Shown here piece after piece: positions 24,671 through 36,499 of a stretch of 64,000 nt of DNA (positions are counted from its first letter, which is position 1; each line of letters begins with the position of its first letter). The stretch lies in assembly GCF_009914755.1 (NCBI RefSeq), contig NC_060947.1. One strand, 5' to 3'. Both the position numbers and the translations under genes were made by a program. The notes under the pieces were generated by a model. That model made no database searches. It worked only from the letters and a program-made list of their open reading frames with translations, and was not told the origin of the DNA. The DNA comes from the human T2T-CHM13v2.0 reference genome, Homo sapiens.

Positions 24671-27600
24671 CACGTATCCACTTACAGATTCTACAAAAAG
24701 ACAGTTTCAAAACTGCTCCATCAAAAGGAGGGTTCTACTGTGTGACTTGAATGCAATCATCACTCACAAGTTTCTGAGAATGCTTCTCTTTAGTTTTTAC
24801 GTGAACATATACCCGTTTCGAACGAAGGCCAGCCAGTGGTCCAAATATCCACTTGCAGATTCTACAGAAAGAGTGTTTCGAACCTGAACTCTCAAAGGCA
24901 GGTTCATCTCTGCGAGTTAAATGCATTCATCATGAAGAACTTTCTCAGAGTGTTTGTGTTTAGTTATGGGAAATTATTCCCGTTTCCAACGAAATTCTCA
25001 GAGAGCTCCAAATATCCACCTGCAGATTCTACCAAAAGTGTATTTGGAAACTGCTCCATCAAAAGGCATGTTCAGCTCTGTGAGTGAAACTCCATCATCA
25101 CAAAGAATATTCTGAGAATGCTTCCGTTTTCCTTTTATATGAAGTTCCTTCCTATACGACCGTAGGCCTCAAAGCAGTCCAAATCTCCATTTGCAGATTC
25201 TACAAAAAGAGTGATTCCAATCTGCTCTATCAATAGGATTGTTCAACTCCATGAGTTGAATGCCATCCTCACAAAGTCGTTTCTGAGAATGCTTCTATCT
25301 AGTTTTTATGTGAAGATATTTCCTTTTCCACCACAGGCCTCAAAGCCCTCCAAACGTCCACTTGCAGATTCTCGAAAAAGAGTGTTTCATAGCTGCTCTT
25401 TCAAAAGGAAAGTTCAACTCTGGGAGTTGAATACAAACATCACAAAGTAGTTTCCGAGAATGCTTCTGTTTAGTTTTTATGTGAAGATGATCCCGTTTCC
25501 AGTGAAATCTTCAAAGAGGTCCACATATCCCCTTGCAGATTCCAAAGAAAGAGGGTTTCAAAACTGCTCCATCAGAAGGATTGTTCAACTCTGTGAGTTG
25601 AATGCAGTCATCGCAGAAAACTTTCTGAGAATGCTTCTGTCTAGGTTTGATGTGAAGATATAGACGTTTCAAACGAAGGCTACAAAGTGGTCAAAATATA
25701 CACTTGCAGATTCTACTACAAGGGTGTTGCAAACCTGAACTATCAAAGGAAGGTTCAACTCTGTGAGTTGAATACAAACATCACAAAGAATGTTCTGAGT
25801 TTGCTTCCGTTCAGTTATGGGAAGTTGATCCCGTTTCCAACGAAATCCTCAGAGAGGTCCAAATATCCCCTTGCAGATTCTACAAAACGTGTGTTTGGAA
25901 ACTGCTCCATCATAACGAATGTTCAGCTCCCTGAGTTAAACTCCATCGTCACAAAGAATTTTCTGAGAGTGCTACCGTCTGGTTTTTATATGAAGTTCTT
26001 TCCTTCACTACCACAGACCTCAAAGCGGTCCAAATCTCCACTTGCAGATTCTACAAAAAGAGTGTTTGCAAACTGCTCTATCAAAAGGAATGTTCAACTC
26101 TGGGAGTTGAATGCAATCATCACAGAGCAGTTTCTGAGAATGCTTCTATGTCGTTTTTAGGAGAAGATATTTCCTTTTCCAACACAGTCCTCCAAGCCCG
26201 CTAAATAGCCACTTGCACATTGTAGAAAAAGTGTGTCAAAGCTGCGCTATCAAAGGGAAAGTTCAACTCTGTGAGGTGAATGCAAACATCCCAAAGAAGT
26301 TTCTGAGAATGCTTCCGTTTAGCTTTTAGGTGAAGATTATCCCGTTTCCAACGAAACCTTCAAAGAGGTCCAAATATCCCCTTGCGGATCCCACAGAAAG
26401 AGTGTTTCGAAACTGCTGTTTCAAAAGGAATCTTCAACTCTGTGAGTTGAATGCAATCATCCCAAAGAAGTTTCTGACAATGCTTCTCTCTCGTCTTTCT
26501 GTGAACATAAAGGAAAAGGCTTTCAGGCCTTTTCCACCACAGGCCTGAAAGCGCTCCAAATGTCCACTTGCAGATTCTGCCAAAAGAATATTTCAAAACT
26601 GCTCTATGAAAAGCAATGTTAAACTCTGTGGCTCGAACACAAACATCACAAAGCAGTTTCTGAGAATGCTTCAGTTTAGTTTTTCTGTGGAAATATTCCC
26701 GTTTCCAAAGAAATCTTCAAAGAGGTCCACGTATCCACTTACAGATTCTACAAAAAGACAGTTTCAAAACTGCTCCATCAAAAGGAGGGTTCAACTGTGT
26801 GACTTGAATGCAATCATCACTCAGAAGTTTCTGAGAATGCTTCTCTTTAGTTTTTACGTGAACATATACCCGTTTCGAACGAAGGCCAGCCAGTGGTCCA
26901 AATATCCACTTGCAGATTCTACAGAAAGAGTGTTTCGAACCTGAACTCTCAAAGGCAGGTTCATCTCTGCGAGTTAAATGCATTCATCATGAAGAACTTT
27001 CTCAGAGTGTTTGTGTTTAGTTATGGGAAATTATTCCCTTTTCCAACGAAATCCTCAGAGAGCTCCAAATATCCACCTGCAGATTCTACCAAAAGTGTAT
27101 TTGGAAACTGCTCCATCAAAAGGCATGTTCAGCTCTGTGAGTGAAACTCCATCATCACAAAGAATATTCTGAGAATGCTTCCGTTTGCCTTTTATATGAA
27201 GTTCCTTCCTATACGACCGTAGGCCTCAAAGCAGTCCAAATCTCCATTTGCAGATTCTACAAAAAGAGTGATTCCAATCTGCTCTATCAATAGGATTGTT
27301 CAACTCCATGAGTTGAATGCCATCCTCAAAAAGTCGTTTCTAAGAATGCTTCTATCTAGTTTTTATGTGAAGATATTTCCTTTTCCACCACAGGCCTCAA
27401 AGCCCTCCAAACGTCCACTTGCAGATTCTCGAAAAAGAGTGTTTCATAGCTGCTCTTTCAAAAGGAAAGTTCAACTCTGGGAGTTGAATACAAACATCAC
27501 AAAGTAGTTTCCGAGAATGCTTCTGTTTAGTTTTTATGTGAAGATGATCCCGTTTCCAGTGAAATCTTCAAAGAGGTCCACATATCCCCTTGCAGATTCC

Positions 27601-30600
27601 AAAGAAAGAGGGTTTCAAAACTGCTCCATCAGAAGGATTGTTCAACTCTGTGAGTTGAATGCAGTCATCGCAGAAAACTTTCTGAGAATGCTTCTGTCTA
27701 GGTTTGATGTGAAGATATAGACGTTTCAAACGAAGGCTACAAAGTGGTCAAAATATACACTTGCAGATTCTACTACAAGGGTGTTGCAAACCTGAACTAT
27801 CAAAGGAAGGTTCAACTCTGTGAGTTGAATACAAACATCACAAAGAATGTTCTGAGTTTGCTTCCGTTCAGTTATGGGAAGTTGATCCCGTTTCCAACCA
27901 AATCCTCAGAGAGGTCCAAATATCCCCTTGCAGATTCTACAAAACGTGTGTTTGGAAACTGCTCCATCATAACGAATGTTCAGGTCCCTGAGTTAAACTC
28001 CATCGTCACAAAGAATTTTCTGAGAGTGCTACCGTCTGGTTTTTATATGAAGCTCTTTCCTTCACTACCATAGGCCTCAAAGCGGTCCAAATCTCCACTT
28101 CCAGATTCTACAAAAAGAGTGTTTGCAAACTGCTCTATCAAAAGGAATGTTCAACTCTGGGAGTTGAATGCAATCATCACAGAGCAGTTTCTGAGAATGC
28201 TTCTATGTCGTTTTTAGGAGAAGATATTTCCTTTTCCAACACAGTCCTCCAAGCCCGCTAAATAGCCACTTGCACATTGTAGAAAACGTGTGTCAAAGCT
28301 GCGCTATCAAAGGGAAAGTTCAACTCTGTGAGGTGAATGCAAACATCCCAAAGAAGTTTCTGAGAATGCTTCCGTTTAGCTTTTAGGTGAAGATTATCCC
28401 GTTTCCAACGAAACCTTCAAAGAGGTCCAAATATCCCCTTGCGGATCCCACAGAAAGAGTGTTTCGAAACTGCTGTTTCAAAAGGAATCTTCAACTCTGT
28501 GAGTTGAATGCAATCATCACAAAGAAGTTTCTGACAATGCTTCTCTCTCGTCTTTCTGTGAAGATAAAGGAAAAGGCTTTCAGGCCTTTTCCACCACAGG
28601 CCTGAAAGCGCTCCAAATGTCCACTTGCAGATTCTGCCAAAAGAATATTTCAAAACTGCTCTATGAAAAGCAATGTTAAACTCTGTGGCTCGAACACAAA
28701 CATCACAAAGCGGTTTCTGAGAATGCTTCAGTTTAGTTTTTCTGTGGAAATATTCCCGTTTCCAAAGAAATCTTCAAAGAGGTCCACGTATCCACTTACA
28801 GATTCTACAAAAAGACAGTTTCAAAACTGCTCCATCAAAAGGAGGGTTCAACTGTGTGACTTGAATGCAATCATCACTCACAAGTTTCTGAGAATGCTTC
28901 TCTTTAGTTTTTACGTGAACATATACCCGTTTCGAACGAAGGCCACCCAGTGGTCCAAATATCCACTTGCAGATTCTACAGAAAGAGTGTTTCGAACCTG
29001 AACTCTCAAAGGCAGGTTCATCTCTGCGAGTTAAATGCATTCATCATGAAGAACTTTCTCAGAGTGTTTGTGTTTAGTTATGGGAAATTATTCCCGTTTC
29101 CAACGAAATCCTCAGAGAGCTCCAAATATCCACCTGCAGATTCTACCAAAAGTGTATTTGGAAACTGCTCCATCAAAAGGCATGTTCAGCTCTGTGAGTG
29201 AAACTCCATCATCACAAAGAATATTCTGAGAATGCTTCCGTTTGCCATTTATATGAAGTTCCTTCCTATACGACCGTAGGCCTCAAAGCAGTCCAAATCT
29301 CCATTTGCAGATTCTACAAAAAGAGTGATTCCAATCTGCTCTATCAATAGGATTGTTCAACTCCATGAGTTGAATGCCATCCTCACAAAGTCGTTTCTGA
29401 GAATGCTTCTATCTAGTTTTTATGTGAAGATATTTCCTTTTCCACCACAGGCCTCAAAGCCCTCCAAACGTCCACTTGCAGATTCTCGAAAAAGAGTGTT
29501 TCATAGCTGCTCTTTCAAAAGGAAAGTTCAACTCTGGGAGTTGAATACAAACATCACAAAGTAGTTTCCGAGAATGCTTCTGTTTAGTTTTTATGTGAAG
29601 ATGATCCCGTTTCCAGTGAAATCTTCAAAGAGGTCCACATATCCCCTTGCAGATTCCAAAGAAAGAGGGTTTCAAAACTGCTCCATCAGAAGGATTGTTC
29701 AACTCTGTGAGTTGAATGCAGTCATCGCAGAAAACTTTCTGAGAATGCTTCTGTCTAGGTTTGATGTGAAGATATAGACGTTTCAAACGAAGGCTACAAA
29801 GTGGTCAAAATATACACTTGCAGATTCTACTACAAGGGTGTTGCAAACCTGAACTATCAAAGGAAGGTTCAACTCTGTGAGTTGAATACAAACATCACAA
29901 AGAATGTTCTGAGTTTGCTTCCGTTCAGTTATGGGAAGTTGATCCCGTTTCCAACGAAATCCTCAGAGAGGTCCAAATATCCCCTTGCAGATTCTACAAA
30001 ACGTGTGTTTGGAAACTGCTCCATCATAACGAATGTTCAGCTCCCTGAGTTAAACTCCATCGTCACAAAGAATTTTCTGAGAGTGCTACCGTCTGGTTTT
30101 TATATGAAGCTCTTTCCTTCACTACCACAGGCCTCAAAGCGGTCCAAATCTCCACTTGCAGATTCTACAAAAAGAGTGTTTGCAAACTGCTCTATCAAAA
30201 GGAATGTTCAACTCTGGGAGTTGAATGCAATCATCACAGAGCAGTTTCTGAGAATGCTTCTATGTCGTTTTTAGGAGAAGATATTTCCTTTTCCAACACA
30301 GTCCTCCAAGCCCGCTAAATAGCCACTTGCACATTGTAGAAAAAGTGTGTCAAAGCTGCGCTATCAAAGGGAAAGTTCAACTCTGTGAGGTGAATGCAAA
30401 CATCCCAAAGAAGTTTCTGAGAATGCTTCCGTTTAGCTTTTAGGTGAAGATTATCCCGTTTCCAACGAAACCTTCAAAGAGGTCCAAATATCCCCTTGCG
30501 GATCCCACAGAAAGAGTGTTTCGAAACTGCTGTTTCAAAAGGAATCTTCAACTCTGTGAGTTGAATGCAATCATCCCAAAGAAGTTTCTGACAATGCTTC

Positions 30601-33600
30601 TCTCTCGTCTTTCTGTGAAGATAAAGGAAAAGGCTTTCAGGCCTTTTCCACCACAGGCCTGAAAGCGCTCCAAATGTCCACTTGCAGATTCTGCCAAAAG
30701 AATATTTCAAAACTGCTCTATGAAAAGCAATGTTAAACTCTGTGGCTCGAACACAAACATCACAAAGCGGTTTCTGAGAATGCTTCAGTTTAGTTTTTCT
30801 GTGGAAATATTCCCGTTTCCAAAGAAATCTTCAAAGAGGTCCACGTATCCACTTACAGATTCTACAAAAAGACAGTTTCAAAACTGCTCCATCAAAAGGA
30901 GGGTTCAACTGTGTGACTTGAATGCAATCATCACTCAGAAGTTTCTGAGAATGCTTCTCTTTAGTTTTTACGTGAACATATAACCGTTTCGAACGAAGGC
31001 CAGCCAGTGGTCCAAATATCCACTTGCAGATTCTACAGAAAGAGAGTTTCGAACCTGAACTCTCAAAGGCAGGTTCATCTCTGCGAGTTAAATGCATTCA
31101 TCATGAAGAACTTTCTCAGAGTGTTTGTGTTTAGTTATGGGAAATTATTCCCGTTTCCAACGAAATCCTCAGAGAGCTCCAAATATCCACCTGCAGATTC
31201 TACCAAAAGTGTATTTGGAAACTGCTCCATCAAAAGGCATGTTCAGCTCTGTGAGTGAAACTCCATCATCACAAAGAATATTCTGAGAATGCTTCCGTTT
31301 GCCTTTTATATGAAGTTCCTTCCTATACGACCGTAGGCCTCAAAGCAGTCCAAATCTCCATTTGCAGATTCTACAAAAAGAGTGATTCCAATCTGCTCTA
31401 TCAATAGGATTGTTCAACTCCATGAGTTGAATGCCATCCTCACAAAGTCGTTTCTGAGAATGCTTCTATCTAGTTTTTATGTGAAGATATTTCCTTTTCC
31501 ACCACAGGCCTCAAAGCCCTCCAAACGTCCACTTGCAGATTCTCGAAAAAGAGTGTTTCATAGCTGCTCTTTCAAAAGGAAAGTTCAACTCTGGGAGTTG
31601 AATACAAACATCACAAAGTAGTTTCCGAGAATGCTTCTGTTTAGTTTTTATGTGAAGATGATCCCGTTTCCAGTGAAATCTTCAAAGAGGTCCACATATC
31701 CCCTTGCAGATTCCAAAGAAAGAGGGTTTCAAAACTGCTCCATCAGAAGGATTGTTCAACTCTGTGAGTTGAATGCAGTCATCGCAGAAAACTTTCTGAG
31801 AATGCTTCTGTCTAGGTTTGATGTGAAGATATAGACGTTTCAAACGAAGGCTACAAAGTGGTCAAAATATACACTTGCAGATTCTACTACAAGGGTGTTG
31901 CAAACCTGAACTATCAAAGGAAGGTTCAACTCTGTGAGTTGAATACAAACATCACAAAGAATGTTCTGAGTTTGCTTCCGTTCAGTTATGGGAAGTTGAT
32001 CCCGTTTCCAACGAAATCCTCAGAGAGGTCCAAATATCCCCTTGCAGATTCTACAAAACGTGTGTTTGGAAACTGCTCCATCATAACGAATGTTCAGCTC
32101 CCTGAGTTAAACTCCATCGTCACAAAGAATTTTCTGAGAGTGCTACCGTCTGGTTTTTATATGAAGCTCTTTCCTTCACTACCACAGGCCTCAAAGCGGT
32201 CCAAATCTCCACTTGCAGATTCTACAAAAAGAGTGTTTGCAAACTGCTCTATCAAAAGGAATGTTCAACTCTGGGAGTTGAATGCAATCATCACAGAGCA
32301 GTTTCTGAGAATGCTTCTATGTCGTTTTTAGGAGAAGATATTTCCTTTTCCAACACAGTCCTCCAAGCCCGCTAAATAGCCACTTGCACATTGTAGAAAA
32401 AGTGTGTCAAAGCTGCGCTATCAAAGGGAAAGTTCAACTGTGTGAGGTGAATGCAAACATCCCAAAGAAGTTTCTGAGAATGCTTCCGTTTAGCTTTTAG
32501 GTGAAGATTATCCCGTTTCCAACGAAACCTTCAAAGAGGTCCAAATATCCCCTTGCGGATCCCACAGAAAGAGTGTTTCGAAACTGCTGTTTCAAAAGGA
32601 ATCTTCAACTCTGTGAGTTGAATGCAATCATCCCAAAGAAGTTTCTGACAATGCTTCTCTCTCGTCTTTCTGTGAAGATAAAGGAAAAGGCTTTCAGGCC
32701 TTTTCCACCACAGGCCTGAAAGCGCTCCAAATGTCCACTTGCAGATTCTGCCAAAAGAATATTTCAAAACTGCTCTATGAAAAGCAATGTTAAACTCTGT
32801 GGCTCGAACACAAACATCACAAAGCGGTTTCTGAGAATGCTTCAGTTTAGTTTTTCTGTGGAAATATTCCCGTTTCCAAAGAAATCTTCAAAGAGGTCCA
32901 CGTATCCACTTACAGATTCTACAAAAAGACAGTTTCAAAACTGCTCCATCAAAAGGAGGGTTCAACTGTGTGACTTGAATGCAATCATCACTCAGAAGTT
33001 TCTGAGAATGCTTCTCTTTAGTTTTTACGTGTACATATACCCGTTTCGAACGAAGGCCAGCCAGTGGTCCAAATATCCACTTGCAGATTCTACAGAAAGA
33101 GTGTTTCGAACCTGAACTCTCAAAGGCAGGTTCATCTCTGCGAGTTAAATGCATTCATCATGAAGAACTTTCTCAGAGTGTTTGTGTTTAGTTATGGGAA
33201 ATTATTCCCGTTTCCAACGAAATCCTCAGAGAGCTCCAAATATCCACCTGCAGATTCTACCAAAAGTGTATTTGGAAACTGCTCCATCAAAAGGCATGTT
33301 CAGCTCTGTGAGTGAAACTCCATCATCACAAAGAATATTCTGAGAATGCTTCCGTTTGCCTTTTATCTGAAGTTCCTTCCTATACTACCTTAGGCCTCAA
33401 AGCATTCCAAATCTCCATTTGCAGATTCTACAAAAAGAGTGATTCCAATCTGCTCTATCAATAGGATTGTTCAACTCCATGAGTTGAATGCCATCCTCAC
33501 AAAGTCGTTTCTGAGAATGCTTCTATCTAGTTTTTATGTGAAGATATTTCCTTTTCCACCACAGGCCTCAAAGCCCTCCAAACGTCCACTTGCAGATTCT

Positions 33601-36499
33601 CGAAAAAGAGTGTTTCATAGCTGCTCTTTCAAAAGGAAAGTTCAACTCTGGGAGTTGAATACAAACATCACAAAGTAGTTTCCGAGAATGCTTCTGTTTA
33701 GTTTTTATGTGAAGATGATCCCGTTTCCAGTGAAATCTTCAAAGAGGTCCACATATCCCCTTGCAGATTCCAAAGAAAGAGGGTTTCAAAACTGCTCCAT
33801 CAGAAGGATTGTTCAACTCTGTGAGTTGAATGCAGTCATCGCAGAAAACTTTCTGAGAATGCTTCTGTCTAGGTTTGATGTGAAGATATAGACGTTTCAA
33901 ACGAAGGCTACAAAGTGGTCAAAATATACACTTGCAGATTCTACTACAAGGGTGTTGCAAACCTGAACTATCAAAGGAAGGTTCAACTCTGTGAGTTGAA
34001 TACAAACATCACAAAGAATGTTCTGAGTTTGCTTCCGTTCAGTTATGGGAAGTTGATCCCGTTTCCAACGAAATCCTCAGAGAGGTCCAAATATCCCCTC
34101 ACAGATTCTACAAAACGTGTGTTTGGAAACTGCTCCATCATAACGAATGTTCAGCTCCCTGAGTTAAACTCCATCGTCACAAAGAATTTTCTGAGAGTGC
34201 TACCGTCTGGTTTTTATATGAAGCTCTTTCCTTCACTACCACAGGCCTCAAAGCGGTCCAAATCTCCACTTGCAGATTCTACAAAAAGAGTGTTTGCAAA
34301 CTGCTCTATCAAAAGGAATGTTCAACTCTGGGAGTTGAATGCAATCATCACAGAGCAGTTTCTGAGAATGCTTCTATGTCGTTTTTAGGAGAAGATATTT
34401 CCTTTTCCAACACAGTCCTCCAAGCCCGCTAAATAGCCACTTGCACATTGTAGAAAAAGTGTGTCAAAGCTGCGCTATCAAAGGGAAAGTTCAACTCTGT
34501 GAGGTGAATGCAAACATCCCAAAGAAGTTTCTGAGAATGCTTCCGTTTAGCTTTTAGGTGAAGATTATCCCGTTTCCAACGAAACCTTCAAAGAGGTCCA
34601 AATATCCCCTTGCGGATCCCACAGAAAGAGTGTTTCGAAACTGCTGTTTCAAAAGGAATCTTCAACTCTGTGAGTTGAATGCAATCATCCCAAAGAAGTT
34701 TCTGACAATGCTTCTCTCTCGTCTTTCTGTGAAGATAAAGGAAAAGGCTTTCAGGCCTTTTCCACCACAGGCCTGAAAGCGCTCCAAATGTCCACTTGCA
34801 GATTCTGCCAAAAGAATATTTCAAAACTGCTCTATGAAAAGCAATGTTAAACTCTGTGGCTCGAACACAAACATCACAAAGCAGTTTCTGAGAATGCTTC
34901 AGTTTAGTTTTTCTGTGGAAATATTCCCGTTTCCAAAGAAATCTTCAAAGAGGTCCACGTATCCACTTACAGATTCTACAAAAAGACAGTTTCAAAACTG
35001 CTCCATCAAAAGGAGGGTTCAACTGTGTGACTTGAATGCAATCATCACTCAGAAGTTTCTGAGAATGCTTCTCTTTAGTTTTTACGTGAACATATACCCG
35101 TTTCGAACGAAGGCCAGCCAGTGGTCCAAATATCCACTTGCAGATTCTACAGAAAGAGTGTTTCGAACCTGAACTCTCAAAGGCAGGTTCATCTCTGCGA
35201 GTTAAATGCATTCATCATGAAGAACTTTCTCAGAGTGTTTGTGTTTAGTTATGGGAAATTATTCCCGTTTCCAACGAAATCCTCAGAGAGCTCCAAATAT
35301 CCACCTGCAGATTCTACCAAAAGTGTATTTGGAAACTGCTCCATCAAAAGGCATGTTCAGCTCTGTGAGTGAAACTCCATCATCACAAAGAATATTCTGA
35401 GAATGCTTCCGTTTGCCTTTTATATGAAGTTCCTTCCTATACGACCGTAGGCCTCAAAGCAGTCCAAATCTCCATTTGCAGATTCTACAAAAAGAGTGAT
35501 TCCAATCTGCTCTATCAATAGGATTGTTCAACTCCATGAGTTGAATGCCATCCTCACAAAGTCGTTTCTGAGAATGCTTCTATCTAGTTTTTATGTGAAG
35601 ATATTTCCTTTTCCACCACAGGCCTCAAAGCCCTCCAAACGTCCACTTGCAGATTCTCGAAAAAGAGTGTTTCATAGCTGCTCTTTCAAAAGGAAAGTTC
35701 AACTCTGGGAGTTGAATACAAACATCACAAAGTAGTTTCCGAGAATGCTTCTGTTTAGTTTTTATGTGAAGATGATCCCGTTTCCAGTGAAATCTTCAAA
35801 GAGGTCCACATATCCCCTTGCAGATTCCAAAGAAAGAGGGTTTCAAAACTGCTCCATCAGAAGGATTGTTCAACTCTGTGAGTTGAATGCAGTCATCGCA
35901 GAAAACTTTCTGAGAATGCTTCTGTCTAGGTTTGATGTGAAGATATAGACGTTTCAAACGAAGGCTACAAAGTGGTCAAAATATACACTTGCAGATTCTA
36001 CTACAAGGGTGTTGCAAACCTGAACTATCAAAGGAAGGTTCAACTCTGTGAGTTGAATACAAACATCACAAAGAATGTTCTGAGTTTGCTTCCGTTCAGT
36101 TATGGGATGTTGATCCCGTTTCCAACGAAATCCTCAGAGAGGTCCAAATATCCCCTTGCAGATTCTACAAAACGTGTGTTTGGAAACTGCTCCATCATAA
36201 CGAATGTTCAGCTCCCTGAGTTAAACTCCATCGTCACAAAGAATTTTCTGAGAGTGCTACCGTCTGGTTTTTATATGAAGCTCTTTCCTTCACTACCACA
36301 GGCCTCAAAGCGGTCCAAATCTCCACTTGCAGATTCTACAAAAAGAGTGTTTGCAAACTGCTCTATCAAAAGGAATGTTCAACTCTGGGAGTTGAATGCA
36401 ATCATCACAGAGCAGTTTCTGAGAATGCTTCTATGTCGTTTTTAGGAGAAGATATTTCCTTTTCCAACACAGTCCTCCAAGCCCGCTAAATAGCCACTT

